Counted from the first letter of the stretch, positions 16,801 to 26,752 are shown. The stretch: DNA of 42,655 nt from an uncultured Alphaproteobacteria bacterium (GCA_965372875.1 CBDVDY010000001.1:1-42655); one strand, 5' to 3'. Numbers and translations: made by a program. The notes: generated by a model from the sequence alone, not told the origin.

Positions 16801-17963
16801 GAGCCCTCGCCTTCTCCGGTTATCGCCGGGTGCACTTCCCTGCCGTCGCGGGTCAGCGCCGTGGCGGTGATGATCTCGTCCTGCCAGTCGATGGCAAGCG
16901 CGCCCGATTCCTTGTCGACCAGCGGCGTGACGAAGTTCAAGAGGTTGCGGGCATAGAGCGCGCTGGCGTTGTCGGCGACGCGGCTCGGCACGTTCAAATG
17001 GCCGACGATGGCGACGCCGCCCTTGCGCACCACCTTGCCCGGCTCGCTGAGCTCGCAATTGCCGCCCTGCTCGACGGCCAGATCGACGATCACCGAGCCC
17101 GGCTTCATGTCGCCCACCATCGCCTTGGTGATGATAACCGGCGCCTTCTTGCCGGGGATCAGCGCGGTACAGATGGCGATGTCGGTGCTCTTCAGCGTAT
17201 CGTGCACCAACTGCGCCTGCTGCTTGCGGTAGTCGTCGCTCATTTCCTTGGCGTAGCCGGCCGCCGTCTCGGCATCCTCCGTCTCCTCGGATTCGACCTC
17301 GATGAAGGCGGCGCCCAGGCTCTCGACCTGCTCCTTGGCGACGGGGCGCACGTCGAAGGCGGAGACCACGGCCCCGAGGCGCTTGGCGGTGGCGATCGCC
17401 TGCAACCCGGCGACGCCGGCGCCGAGCACCAGAACCCGCGCCGGCGGCACCGTGCCGGCCGCCGTCATCATCAGCGGAAAGGCGCGGCGAAACTCGGCGG
17501 CGGCGTCGATCACCGCCCGGTAGCCGGCCAGGTTGGATTGCGAGGACAAGACGTCCATGCTCTGCGCCCGGGTGATGCGCGGCAAAAGCTCCATGGCGAA
17601 GGCGGTGACGCCGCGTTTGGCACAGGCCTTGGCGATGTCCGGGTCGTCGTGCGGCGCCATCAGGCAGGCGAGCAGCGCGCCTTTTTTCATCAGCGCGACT
17701 TCGTCCGTGCCGCCCTCCTTCTTTTCGACGATCGGGCGCTGCACCTTGAAGACCACGTCGGCGTCCGCGAGCGCCGCCTTCGCCGTGGCCGCGATGGCGG
17801 CACCCGCCTCCTTGAAGACGGCGTCCGGCATCGACGAGCCCTCGCCGGCGCCCTTTTCGATGGTCACCTCGAAGCCCAGATCGATGAGCTTCTTCACCGT
17901 ATCGGGCGAGGCCGCGACGCGGGCTTCGCCGGGCCGGCGCTCCTTGGGGATGGCGATTTTCAT
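16797..17963 (-). CDS. pntAA: NAD(P) transhydrogenase subunit alpha part 1 (soluble dI)
   Basis: 388 aa. [17 protein letters not shown], alanine-dehydrogenase-like fold, [14 protein letters not shown]. Confidence 0.95.
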   Translation of the reverse strand: MKIAIPKERRPGEARVAASPDTVKKLIDLGFEVTIEKGAGEGSSMPDAVFKEAGAAIAATAKAALADADVVFKVQRPIVEKKEGGTDEVALMKKGALLACLMAPHDDPDIAKACAKRGVTAFAMELLPRITRAQSMDVLSSQSNLAGYRAVIDAAAEFRRAFPLMMTAAGTVPPARVLVLGAGVAGLQAIATAKRLGAVVSAFDVRPVAKEQVESLGAAFIEVESEETEDAETAAGYAKEMSDDYRKQQAQLVHDTLKSTDIAICTALIPGKKAPVIITKAMVGDMKPGSVIVDLAVEQGGNCELSEPGKVVRKGGVAIVGHLNVPSRVADNASALYARNLLNFVTPLVDKESGALAIDWQDEIITATALTRDGREVHPAITGEGEGS

Positions 17964-18182
17964 CTCGGCTTGGGTTCCTCTCGACCACGACGCACGGGCC
18001 GCGCGCGCGGGCGGCGCTTGAGCCCGGCAAATCTACCTCGGTTATGGTAAATTAGTCTTAAGGTTGGTTAATTGGATCGTTGGCAGGGCCGGACTATGGC
18101 GCGTCCGCCGCCGTTTGCCAAGAGGCGGAATGTCACGGATCGGCGATCAAAACAGGCAACAACAAGCGCCGGCCGAAATCGC

Positions 18183-18605
18183 TCATCCGCTTTCCGGATA
18201 GCCGTGCTCCCAGTGCGAGCCTTCGAGCCGCGGCAGGCCGTCGTCGAACTTGAGCCAGGACAGCATCGAGCCGACGAAAATATGGTCCTGGGGCGCGACC
18301 CGTTCGGGATCGTCGAGGCTGGCGGCGGCGATGTCGATTTCCTCCTTGTGGCCCTCGCCGCAATAGCTGAGGGACGTGCCGCAGGCGCCGCAGAAGCCGC
18401 GAAGCGCCTCGGCCGACGAGCGGTATTCCGCCGGCGCCCCCTCGGTCCAGGCGAAGCCGTCCGAAGCGACCGTGATCCAGGTGATGAACGGCGCGCCGGC
18501 CGCCCGCCGGCAAAAAGTGCAGTGGCAATGGGTGACGACGAGCGGCTCGGTCGTGATCCGATAGCGCACCGCGCCGCACAAGCAGCCGCCGGTCAGTTCG
18601 GTCAT
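18183..18605 (-). CDS. GFA/CENP-V family protein (glutathione-dependent formaldehyde-activating enzyme-like)
   Basis: Cys pattern GGCLCGAVRY...HCHCTFCRR...CGACGT. ATG at 18603-18605(c) with GAGGAGGGGGA upstream. Confidence 0.8.
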   Translation of the reverse strand: MTELTGGCLCGAVRYRITTEPLVVTHCHCTFCRRAAGAPFITWITVASDGFAWTEGAPAEYRSSAEALRGFCGACGTSLSYCGEGHKEEIDIAAASLDDPERVAPQDHIFVGSMLSWLKFDDGLPRLEGSHWEHGYPESG

Positions 18606-18618
18606 GGGATCCCCCTCC

Positions 18619-19965
18619 TCAATCGCCCAGCCCCGCCTTCTTGAGCGCCGCATTCTGGCGCCGGGCCAGGGCGTTCACGTCGAAATCCTGGATCAGCTCG
18701 TGGAACAGCGCGTACCAGTTGATCTCGGCCTTGAGGCGCAGGAACACCGAGCCCAGGCCGATGGCGGCGCGGTCCATCAGCACGAACTCGCGCGGCGGCT
18801 CGACCCCGCCCAGGCGCCGCAACTCCAGGTGCACCTTCTCGGCCACGCGGGCGCCGTAGACGACGCCCTGGTCCCCATCCTGGATGCGTCGGTGACGGTC
18901 GTCCATCAGCGGCGCGTAGACGAACTCGGCCCACATATTCAGAACGTCGATCAACTCGCGCGACAGGCCGGTGAAACCCCAGGTCTCGTAGGCGCTCACC
19001 GCCAGCGCCTCGTCGTCGTTCAGCAGCGCGTGGTAAAGGTCGATTACCGCCCGCACGAAGCTCGGCGGAAATACCCGGATGCAACCGAAATCGAGCAGGT
19101 TGATGCCGTGGTCCGGGCGCGCGGTGTAATTGCCCAGATGCGGGTCGCCGTGGATTACGCCGTATTGGTAAAACGGCACGTACCAGGCGCGGAACATATT
19201 ATGGGCGATGGCGTTGCGCTGGTCCTGATGGGCATCGACGAGGGCGATCAGGGGTTCGCCCTCGAGCCAGGTCATGGTCAGGAGCCGCCCGGTGGACAGC
19301 TCGGGCACCGTTTCGGGGATGTGCACGCCGTTTTCCCGGCGCAGCATGGCGGTATAGAGGCCCATGTGCCGTGCCTCGCGCGCATAGTCGAGCTCCTCGC
19401 GCAGGCGTTCGGCGATCTCGGCATGGATGTGCTTGGTCGAGATCGCGCGGTCGTAACGTTCGTAAACCGCAAAGACGAGCCTGAGCTGGCGCAAATCGGC
19501 CGCCACCACCGAGCCCATGTCCGGGTACTGCAGCTTGCAGGCCAGCGCCCGCCCGTCGTGGCCGGTTGCCCGATGGACCTGACCGAGCGAGGCGGCGGCC
19601 GAGGCCACGTGACTGAACTCGGCGAATTTCGCCTGCCAGTCGGGGCCGAGCTCGGTTGCCATGCGCCGGCGCACGAAGGGCCAACCCATCGCCGGCGCGT
19701 TGGCTTGCAGCTCGGCCAGCTCGGCGGTGTATTCCGCCGGCAGCACGTCCGGGATCGTAGACATGATTTGCGCCACTTTCATGAGCGGCCCCTTGAGACC
19801 GCCCAGCGCTTCCTTCAGCTCGCGCGCGCTGCGAGCCCGGTTGACGGAAAGGCCGAGGTAACGCTCGCCGGCCACGCGCGCCGCCAGCCCGCCGACCGCG
19901 CGGCCGACGCGGGCGTAGCGCCGCACCCGTCCCGAAAGTGTGCTGTCGTCGGATCGTCCGGCCAT
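18619..19965 (-). CDS. ABC1/UbiB (AarF/ADCK) atypical kinase family protein
   Basis: KVAQIMSTIPDVLPAEY, AASLGQVH, HGDPHLGN, LDFG motifs. ATG at 19963-19965(c); an alternative TTG lies at 20001. Confidence 0.85.
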   Translation of the reverse strand: MAGRSDDSTLSGRVRRYARVGRAVGGLAARVAGERYLGLSVNRARSARELKEALGGLKGPLMKVAQIMSTIPDVLPAEYTAELAELQANAPAMGWPFVRRRMATELGPDWQAKFAEFSHVASAAASLGQVHRATGHDGRALACKLQYPDMGSVVAADLRQLRLVFAVYERYDRAISTKHIHAEIAERLREELDYAREARHMGLYTAMLRRENGVHIPETVPELSTGRLLTMTWLEGEPLIALVDAHQDQRNAIAHNMFRAWYVPFYQYGVIHGDPHLGNYTARPDHGINLLDFGCIRVFPPSFVRAVIDLYHALLNDDEALAVSAYETWGFTGLSRELIDVLNMWAEFVYAPLMDDRHRRIQDGDQGVVYGARVAEKVHLELRRLGGVEPPREFVLMDRAAIGLGSVFLRLKAEINWYALFHELIQDFDVNALARRQNAALKKAGLGD

Positions 19966-20045
19966 GACTGGCACAATCCATTGTGCGAGGGCCGATGGCA
20001 AGGGGTGGGCTGCGGTCGCGGCCGGTCAGCCGGAGGAAAGGATAA

Positions 20046-20212
20046 CCACAGAGGCACAGAGACACAGAGGGGGTCGCATCAACTCCGTTCCTCTGTTGAG
20101 CTAGTCGAAGCATGAACTTGTCAGTGCTAAAAACTCGCTCCCTCGCCCTTTGACGAGTTCAGAGAGAGCGCTTGGTAGGTACGGGAATCTCTGTGTCTCT
20201 GCGACTCTGTGG
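20046..20212. repeat. 167-bp element bounded by 24-bp near-perfect inverted repeats, each built from three 8-nt CACAGAGN units (MITE-like or structured RNA)
   Basis: Left arm ccacagaggcacagagacacagag (20046-20069). Right arm ctctgtgtctctgcgactctgtgg (20189-20212). 22 of 24 positions are complementary. The 119-bp core holds an AACTCG-N16-CGAGTT hairpin. Confidence 0.6.
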
Positions 20213-20263
20213 TGAAATTATTGTACGGGACAGTCCCGAGACATCGGCCTGGATGGGCCGTCG

Positions 20264-22066
20264 TCAGTCCATCGCCTCAAGCTCATCGATGAAGCCGGCG
20301 ACGATTCCCAGCCCCTTGGCCCAGAAGTCCGCGCTCGAGGCGTCGAGCCCGAACGGCGCCAGCAGCTCCTTGTGGCGCAACGTGCCGCCGGCCTTCAGCA
20401 GCGCGAGGTATTTGTCGGCGAAAGCGGCCTCGGAATCCTGATAGACGGCGTAGAGCGAGTTCACCAGGCAGTCGCCGAAGGCGTAGGCGTAGACGTAGAA
20501 CGGCGAATGAATGAAATGCGGGATGTAGGCCCAGTAATGCTTGTAGCTGTCCTCGAACCGGATTGCCGGGCCCAGGCTTTCGCCCTGGATATCGAGCCAG
20601 ATCTCGCCCAACCGCTCCGGCAGCAACTCGCCGCCGCGCCGTTCGTCGTGGATTCTGTGCTCGAATTCGTAGAACGCGACTTGGCGCACCACCGTATTGA
20701 TCATGTCCTCGATCTTGCCGGCGAGCATGGTGCGCCGCCGCGCCGCGTCGCGTTCGCCGTCGAGCATGGCGCGGAAGGTCAGCATCTCGCCGAACACCGA
20801 GGCGGTCTCGGCCAGCGTCAGCGGCGTGTCGGCCATCAGGTGCCCCTGATCCGCGGCCAGCACCTGATGCACGCCGTGCCCCAGTTCGTGCGCCAGCGTC
20901 ATCACGTCGCGCACCTTGCCCTGGTAGTTGAGCAGGATATACGGGTGCGCGCTGGGCACCGTCGAATGCGAAAACGCGCCCGGCGCCTTGCCGGGCCGCA
21001 CGGGGGCGTCGATCCAGCTTTCGTCGAAGAACCGCTTTCCGACCTCCGCCATGTCCGGCGAAAAGGCGGCGTAGGCGTCGAGTACGGTAGCTTGCGCCTC
21101 GTGCCATGGAATGACGCGGTTTTCGTCCTCGGGAAGCGGCGCGTTCCGGTCCCAGTACTCCAGCTTGTCGAGGCCGAGCCAGCCGGCCTTGAGCGCGTAG
21201 TAGCGGTGCGAGAGGGAGGGGTAGGAATCCTTGACCGCGGCCACCAGCGCGTCGACCACCTCGTCCTCGATCAAATTGGCGAGGTTGCGCGCCGACACGG
21301 GGCGCGGATAGTCGCGCCACTTGTCCTCGATCTCCTTGTCCTTGGCCAGGGTGTTGGTGATCAGCGCGAAGGTGCGGACGTTTTCGCTGAATACCCGGCC
21401 GAGCGACTTCGCCGCTTCTTCGCGCGTCGCCCGGTCCGGTTCCGAGAGAAGATGCAGCGCTTCGGCGCTGGTCAGATCCTTGCCGCCCACGGGGAAGCGC
21501 AGATCGGCCATGGTCTCGTCGAACAGCCGGATCCAGGCCGCGCGGCCGGCGACGCTCTTATCGTGCAAGAGCCGCTCGGCCTCGTCGCTCAACTGGTGCG
21601 GCCGGAAGACGCGGACATCGCGCAGCCAGGGACGGTAGCGGGCCAGCTCGGACGCCGCGAGCTTGTCCTCGAGCGCCTTGTCCTCGATGCGGTTGATCTC
21701 GAGCGTGAAAAACAAAAGGTGGGCGGAGATATCGGTCACCCGCTCCCGCATGCCCTGAAAGAATTGGCCGATCTCGGGGTCGGCCATGTCGCCGGCATAG
21801 ACGAGATGGGCGTAGCTCATCACCCGCGAGAGCGTCTCGTCGATGCGCTCGTATTCCGCCACCGCCGTGCCCAGCGCCGCGCCATCGAGTTCGGCCAGGC
21901 GGCCTTTATAGGAATCCGCGAACGCTTTTGCGCCGGCCTCGGATTTGCCGAGCGCGTCCGCGAGTTCCGGCGAGTCGGGTGCTGGATAAAGGTCGTTCAG
22001 GTCCCACGCCGGCAACTCGCCAAGGCTTTCGTGGTGGGATATCGTCCGGCGCGCGGCGTCGGTCAT
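20264..22066 (-). CDS. pepF: Oligoendopeptidase F family (M3B) metallopeptidase
   Basis: 600 aa, HELGHGVH zinc motif. ATG at 22064-22066(c) with GAGGAG 6 nt upstream. Confidence 0.9.
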   Translation of the reverse strand: MTDAARRTISHHESLGELPAWDLNDLYPAPDSPELADALGKSEAGAKAFADSYKGRLAELDGAALGTAVAEYERIDETLSRVMSYAHLVYAGDMADPEIGQFFQGMRERVTDISAHLLFFTLEINRIEDKALEDKLAASELARYRPWLRDVRVFRPHQLSDEAERLLHDKSVAGRAAWIRLFDETMADLRFPVGGKDLTSAEALHLLSEPDRATREEAAKSLGRVFSENVRTFALITNTLAKDKEIEDKWRDYPRPVSARNLANLIEDEVVDALVAAVKDSYPSLSHRYYALKAGWLGLDKLEYWDRNAPLPEDENRVIPWHEAQATVLDAYAAFSPDMAEVGKRFFDESWIDAPVRPGKAPGAFSHSTVPSAHPYILLNYQGKVRDVMTLAHELGHGVHQVLAADQGHLMADTPLTLAETASVFGEMLTFRAMLDGERDAARRRTMLAGKIEDMINTVVRQVAFYEFEHRIHDERRGGELLPERLGEIWLDIQGESLGPAIRFEDSYKHYWAYIPHFIHSPFYVYAYAFGDCLVNSLYAVYQDSEAAFADKYLALLKAGGTLRHKELLAPFGLDASSADFWAKGLGIVAGFIDELEAMD

Positions 22067-22231
22067 ATTTTGCTCCTCGAATTCATCAGCGATATAGTCA
22101 TATCCTGACGCTGCGCCAAGCGGTGCTCGTGGCTCCGGCCGACAATGTTCCCGGAGCGGGATATTCCGGGGCCGCGCGACCTGTCGTGCCCGCCAATTGG
22201 GATATCATCGGCGGGCCAACGAAGGGGGGGG

Positions 22232-24037
22232 ATGATGACGGGCGAAATGAAATTCGATACCTGGCGTTCGCTGTGCGAGATGTTCTTCGACCGCGCCGCC
22301 GAACTCGCGGACCAGCCGTTCCTTTGGGGTAAACGAGACGGCAAGTACGAGCCGCTTACCTGGGGCGAGGTAGCCAGCCAAATCAGCCTTTTGTCGCGCG
22401 GCCTGCGCGCCCATGGCGTCGAACCCGGGGACCGGGTGGCGCTGGTCTCGGAGAATCGGCCGGAATGGCCGATCGCCGAGCTTGCCATCATGTCGGCTCG
22501 CGCCATCGCGGTGCCGGCCTATGTCACCAACACCGTCGAAGACCATGTGCATGTTCTCAACAATGCCGGTGTCTCGACGGCGATCGTCTCGACCAGGAAG
22601 CTCGCCGAGAATTTCCTGCCGGCGGTGTACAAATCGAACCATTGCGAACTCGTGATCTCGATGGAGCCGCTCGATATCAGCCAGCAGATCGGTGGCGTAA
22701 CGGTGCACGACTGGAAAGACGTCGTGGCGCGTGGCGCCGACATGCCGGACGACATCGCCGAGGAGGTGGCCAAGGTCGAGCGCACCGACACCTGCACCAT
22801 CATCCATACATCGGGTACCGGCGGCGCTCCAAAGGGCGTGATGTTGAGCCACGGCGCCATCATTTCGAATTGCATGGGCGCGCAGGACCTGCTCAGGGCG
22901 GAAACCAGCTTCGGCAAGGAGGTGTTTCTCTCGTTCCTGCCGCTTTCGCATTCCTACGAGCACATGGCCGGCCTCTTTGTGCCGATCGCGATCGGCGCGC
23001 AAATCTATTTTGCCGAGAGCGTCGAGACCCTGGTCACCAACATGTCGGAGGCCAAGCCCACGATCATGACGGCGGTGCCGAGGCTCTACGAGACCATGCA
23101 TGGGCGCATAACGCGCGGCCTGGGTCAGATGAAGGGGATCAAGAAAAAGCTGTTCCTGACGGCGCTCGCGCTCGGGAAAAAGAAGTACGAATCGCCCGGC
23201 AGCCTGAGCCTCGGCGAGCGGATCATGGATCGCATCGTCGACAAGCTGGTGCGCAAGAAGGTGGCCCAGCGGTTCGGCGGGCGGCTCAAGTTCTTCATCT
23301 CGGGCGGGGCGCCGCTCAACTACGACATCGGATTGTTCTTTACGGCGCTGGGCGTCAGGCTGCTGCAGGGCTACGGCCAGACCGAGACGGCGCCCCTGGT
23401 CAGTTGCAACCCGACGAAGGGGTACAAGCTTCACACGGTCGGCCCGCCGGTCATAGGAGTCGATGTGCGGATCGCCGAGGACGGCGAGATCTGCGTCCGC
23501 GGCGAGCTCGTCATGCAGGGCTATTACGGCGACGAGCAGGCAACCAACGAAGTCATCCGCGACGGCTGGATGCATACCGGCGATATCGGCTTCCGCGACG
23601 AGGACGGATATATTCAGATCACCGACCGCAAACGCGACATCATCGTCAATTCGGGCGGCGACAACGTGTCGCCGCAGCGGGTCGAAGGCTTTCTGACCCT
23701 GCAGCCCGAGATCAGCCAGGCGATGGTGTACGGCGACAAGCGGCCGCATCTGGTCGCGCTTGTCGTACCCGAGGAGGAGTTTCTCAAGGATTGGGCCGGG
23801 CGCGCCGGGAAGCCGGTAGACCTGGCGGAGGTTGCCGGCGACGACGGCTTGCACGGCGAGATCGCCGCGGCGATCGATCGGGTCAACGAGGAGCTCGCGG
23901 CGATCGAGCGGGTGCGCCGTTTCATGGTCGCCAACGAGACCTTCGCGATCGAAAACGGGCTGATGACGCCGTCGATGAAAATCCGCCGGCACATGATCAA
24001 GAATATCTACGGCGAGGCGCTCGACGCTTTGTATTAG
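22232..24037 (+). CDS. Long-chain-fatty-acid--CoA ligase (ACSL/FAA1-like ANL enzyme)
   Basis: IHTSGTGGAPKGV, GYGQTE, TGDIG, TPSMKIRR motifs. Start taken as the tandem ATGs at 22232/22235 after a G-run; the track ORF starts at 22145. Confidence 0.85.
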   Translation: MMTGEMKFDTWRSLCEMFFDRAAELADQPFLWGKRDGKYEPLTWGEVASQISLLSRGLRAHGVEPGDRVALVSENRPEWPIAELAIMSARAIAVPAYVTNTVEDHVHVLNNAGVSTAIVSTRKLAENFLPAVYKSNHCELVISMEPLDISQQIGGVTVHDWKDVVARGADMPDDIAEEVAKVERTDTCTIIHTSGTGGAPKGVMLSHGAIISNCMGAQDLLRAETSFGKEVFLSFLPLSHSYEHMAGLFVPIAIGAQIYFAESVETLVTNMSEAKPTIMTAVPRLYETMHGRITRGLGQMKGIKKKLFLTALALGKKKYESPGSLSLGERIMDRIVDKLVRKKVAQRFGGRLKFFISGGAPLNYDIGLFFTALGVRLLQGYGQTETAPLVSCNPTKGYKLHTVGPPVIGVDVRIAEDGEICVRGELVMQGYYGDEQATNEVIRDGWMHTGDIGFRDEDGYIQITDRKRDIIVNSGGDNVSPQRVEGFLTLQPEISQAMVYGDKRPHLVALVVPEEEFLKDWAGRAGKPVDLAEVAGDDGLHGEIAAAIDRVNEELAAIERVRRFMVANETFAIENGLMTPSMKIRRHMIKNIYGEALDALY

Positions 24038-24059
24038 GCGCGTCCGCGCCTGGAGACGT

Positions 24060-24644
24060 TCAGAGCGCGGCCAAGGACAACGCCTTGGCGCCGGCCGGGC
24101 AGAAGTAGACGCAGCTGCCGCAGCCGGTGCAGTGACTGGCGTGGAATTCGGGCCCGGCGCCGCGGCGATAGGTGACCGCCGTGCCGCCGAGCGGGCAGCG
24201 GTCGAAACAATAATCGCAGTCCGGGTCTATTCCGGCGCGCGCGAAGCAGGCATCGGGCCCGAAGACCAGCCTGGCGATCCGCATTGTCGATGGCGTTACC
24301 GGCCCGAGCGCGCCGGTCGGGCAGGAAGCGGCGCACACCAGCCCGTCGCACATGACGCACGGCGAGTCCGCGGCCACGATTTGCGGCGTGTGGGTCGCCG
24401 CCGCCGTTCCCGCCGCGTCCATCTTGATCGCGTCCGCCGGGCAGGCCTCGGCGCAGTCGCCGCAACCGTCGCACAAGCTCTCGAAACGGTCGGGCGCGGC
24501 CGATCCGGGCGGACGAATAACCGGCGGACCGCCGTCCACCCCTGGCCCCGCCGCCCAGCGGCCGCGCAGAAGATCCCGGCGGGCCACGGTGCGGTCAAGC
24601 GTCGACACGGGATTCTCCGGGCCGCGATCCTGGCATGCCGGCAC
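24060..24644 (-). CDS. NapF-like cytoplasmic poly-ferredoxin (four Cys clusters)
   Basis: RRDLLRGRW...IRPPG N-terminus as in NapF. Clusters CDGCGDCAEACP, CVMCDGLVCAASCP, CDYCFDRCP, CTGCGSCVYFCP. The real start is probably GTG at 24608 or 24587. Confidence 0.7.
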   Translation of the reverse strand: MPACQDRGPENPVSTLDRTVARRDLLRGRWAAGPGVDGGPPVIRPPGSAAPDRFESLCDGCGDCAEACPADAIKMDAAGTAAATHTPQIVAADSPCVMCDGLVCAASCPTGALGPVTPSTMRIARLVFGPDACFARAGIDPDCDYCFDRCPLGGTAVTYRRGAGPEFHASHCTGCGSCVYFCPAGAKALSLAAL

Positions 24645-26133
24645 GCCGGCGCCGTCTCCGGCGCAGCATGGGAATGATGAAGGCGGCGACCGCCGCGAAG
24701 GCCACCGCGAGGCTGGCCAGCAGCCAGAGATTGCCGCCGCCGCGGAGCGTCAACACTGTCCTGGCGGTGACGCCGCCGGCGCCGCCGATACGGATTTCGA
24801 CGTTGTAGGCGGACGCCGGCAGCGAGGCCCGCATCCGATACACGCTCTCCTCGAGCGGTTCGTCGAAGGCGCGCAGCACGGGCGCGCCGCCATCCGTCGG
24901 GCGCAGAGCCACCTCGACCCGGCCCCTGTGCGCCTTGCCGGTCCGCGTGTCGGTGACGGAGACGTAGATCATCGCGTCGCTCGGTATCCCCGACTGGCTG
25001 CGGTTGATGCCGTCCAACGTGTAGGCGACCAGCGTGACCTCGTAGGGTGGCGCGCTGACCTGCACCTCGCGGGTCGGCACTTGCGGGTAGTTTTCGACGT
25101 AGCCGTAGTGGGGCAGGCCCTTGATGTGGTGGGCCAGCGCGTTCGACGGCGGCACCAGCACCGCCAGCAGCGCCAGCAGCGCGGCGAGCCCGGCCGTCGC
25201 GCGCGCGCCACCGGTCCGGGACCGGCGCCCCAGGCCGATTTCCAGGACCTGCGTCGGACAGAGATCGACGCAGGTATTGCACAGCATGCAGCGTTCGACG
25301 TCGATCTCGTCGCGCGGGATGACGGCGACCGGGCAGGCGGCGACACAGGCGTTGCAGCCGGAAAGGCACTCGCCCGATTCCGTGCGCCGTACGCCCCATA
25401 TCCGCCGCCGGCCAACCAGTTCCAGCAGCAGTCCCGTGGGGCACAGGCTTCGGCACCAGATCCGCGGCGCCGCCAGGAGCTCCGAGGCGGCGATGACGGC
25501 CATGAACAGGACGCCGAAACCGACCGCGCCGCCATACACCGCCAGATGCAAGTCGCGGGCCAGACCGGCATAGGGAAGGATGAAGGCAAAAGCGTTGAAC
25601 CCGGCCACGGCGGAAATCAGGAGGCCCGCCGTCAGTACGAGGTAGCGCAGTCCCGGCGGCGCGGCGGCGCCGGGCAGGCGCAACCGGCCACTCCGGCGCT
25701 CAAGCCACGCTCGCAGCGCGGCGTTCATTTCGAGCAACGTATTGACCGGGCAAACCCAGCCACAGAACAGACGCCCGGCCAATGCGGCGACCAGCAGCGG
25801 CACCGCGGCGCCGGCGACGAGCGGCCAATGCACCGAGGCGCTGGCGACCGCGTGCCCGAGCGCGGCCAACGGGTCGTTGATGGTAAATCCAAACAAGGTG
25901 ATCGACCAATATCCGCCGTGAAACAAATCGACCGCCGCGACCGGGCTGTCCAAGCCGCCGAACAGGCGCGCGAACGCGGTGTAAAGGAAACCCGCCCAGT
26001 CGCCGGCCAACGCGCCCACATGCCGCGCGCCCTTGCCGTACGCCTCGTACAGCGCGCTGCCACGCGAAAGCATCGGTAGCGCCAGCAATAGTGCGATGGA
26101 ACTCCACTGGATCGTGCGGCGCAAGGCGTTCAA
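24595..26133 (-). CDS. NapH-like membrane quinol dehydrogenase subunit with a C-terminal extension of about 210 aa
   Basis: FCGWVCPV and WCRSLCPTG membrane CxxxCP motifs. Two ferredoxin motifs: CLSGCNACVAACP and CMLCNTCVDLCP. These are followed by TM / about 140 aa / TM / RRRRRRR. TTG start lies 3 nt after the napG-like stop. Confidence 0.75.
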   Translation of the reverse strand: MNALRRTIQWSSIALLLALPMLSRGSALYEAYGKGARHVGALAGDWAGFLYTAFARLFGGLDSPVAAVDLFHGGYWSITLFGFTINDPLAALGHAVASASVHWPLVAGAAVPLLVAALAGRLFCGWVCPVNTLLEMNAALRAWLERRSGRLRLPGAAAPPGLRYLVLTAGLLISAVAGFNAFAFILPYAGLARDLHLAVYGGAVGFGVLFMAVIAASELLAAPRIWCRSLCPTGLLLELVGRRRIWGVRRTESGECLSGCNACVAACPVAVIPRDEIDVERCMLCNTCVDLCPTQVLEIGLGRRSRTGGARATAGLAALLALLAVLVPPSNALAHHIKGLPHYGYVENYPQVPTREVQVSAPPYEVTLVAYTLDGINRSQSGIPSDAMIYVSVTDTRTGKAHRGRVEVALRPTDGGAPVLRAFDEPLEESVYRMRASLPASAYNVEIRIGGAGGVTARTVLTLRGGGNLWLLASLAVAFAAVAAFIIPMLRRRRRRRAGMPGSRPGESRVDA

Positions 26134-26136
26134 GAT

Positions 26137-26709
26137 TCAAACCCGTCTTGGCGTGATACGGATCGCCTGCGGCAAGTGGATACAGGCGCGTTCGCAACTG
26201 CCGCAACCGACGCACTGTTCGGCGTCCACAACGGGGCGGGCGCCGGCCTTGAGTTTCAGCGCCTTGTCGGGAAACGGGCAGGCGTAATAGCACACGCCGC
26301 ATGTGCGGTTCGCATAGGAGTAGCACAAATCCTCGTTGACGATCGCGGTCCCCATGTGGACCGATTCCAAGATCGATTCGGCATTGTTGGCGATTGGGGT
26401 CAGCGCATCGGTGGGGCAGGCATCGGCGCAGCGCATGCACAGGATGCAGGCCTGCTCGCGCGGCCGGATCAAGGGTACGTAGGCCCGGGCGGGTCCCGCT
26501 TCCGGCGCCTCGAACTGGATGCACTGGTTCGGGCAGACGCTGCCGCACTGGAAACAGCGGATGCAGGCCGCCAGGAAGTCCTCTTCGGGCAAGGCGCCGG
26601 GCGGTCGAAGCGGCGCGGCCTCCGCCGGCCGCGCGCCGCGCAGGAACCAACCCGTGGCGACCGAGCCCACGGCGGTAAGCGCCAGAGCCAGCGCCCGCCG
26701 CCGATTCAT
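26137..26709 (-). CDS. NapG-like periplasmic (Tat-exported) poly-ferredoxin
   Basis: MNRRRALAL twin-arginine signal. LRPPGALPEEDFLAACIRCFQCGSVCP as in NapG. Four Cys clusters. ATG at 26707-26709(c); the maximal ORF reaches 26739. Confidence 0.8.
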   Translation of the reverse strand: MNRRRALALALTAVGSVATGWFLRGARPAEAAPLRPPGALPEEDFLAACIRCFQCGSVCPNQCIQFEAPEAGPARAYVPLIRPREQACILCMRCADACPTDALTPIANNAESILESVHMGTAIVNEDLCYSYANRTCGVCYYACPFPDKALKLKAGARPVVDAEQCVGCGSCERACIHLPQAIRITPRRV

Positions 26710-26752
26710 GCCGCCGCCGTCTCCGGTTGCGTCGCCCACGTTGGCCCCCGTC

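Noticed and set aside
18031-18182. AT-rich stretch (ttatggtaaattagtcttaaggttggttaattgg) upstream of pntAA considered as an ncRNA
   Set aside because: I could identify no conserved structure or terminator. It is most simply the pnt promoter/leader region.
20046-20212. CACAGAGN repeats considered as a CRISPR array or an iteron origin
   Set aside because: The units are 8 nt and directly abutting, with no spacers, and there are only three per arm in inverted orientation. No cas or rep genes are nearby. The region is kept as an inverted-repeat element instead.
24595-24644. 50-nt overlap between the NapH-like and NapF-like ORFs considered as a frameshift or fusion
   Set aside because: In-frame GTG codons at 24608 and 24587 give a NapF-like N-terminus (M-STLDRTVARRDLLRGRW or M-ARRDLLRGRW) with a 14-nt overlap or none. 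A start-codon choice explains the overlap.
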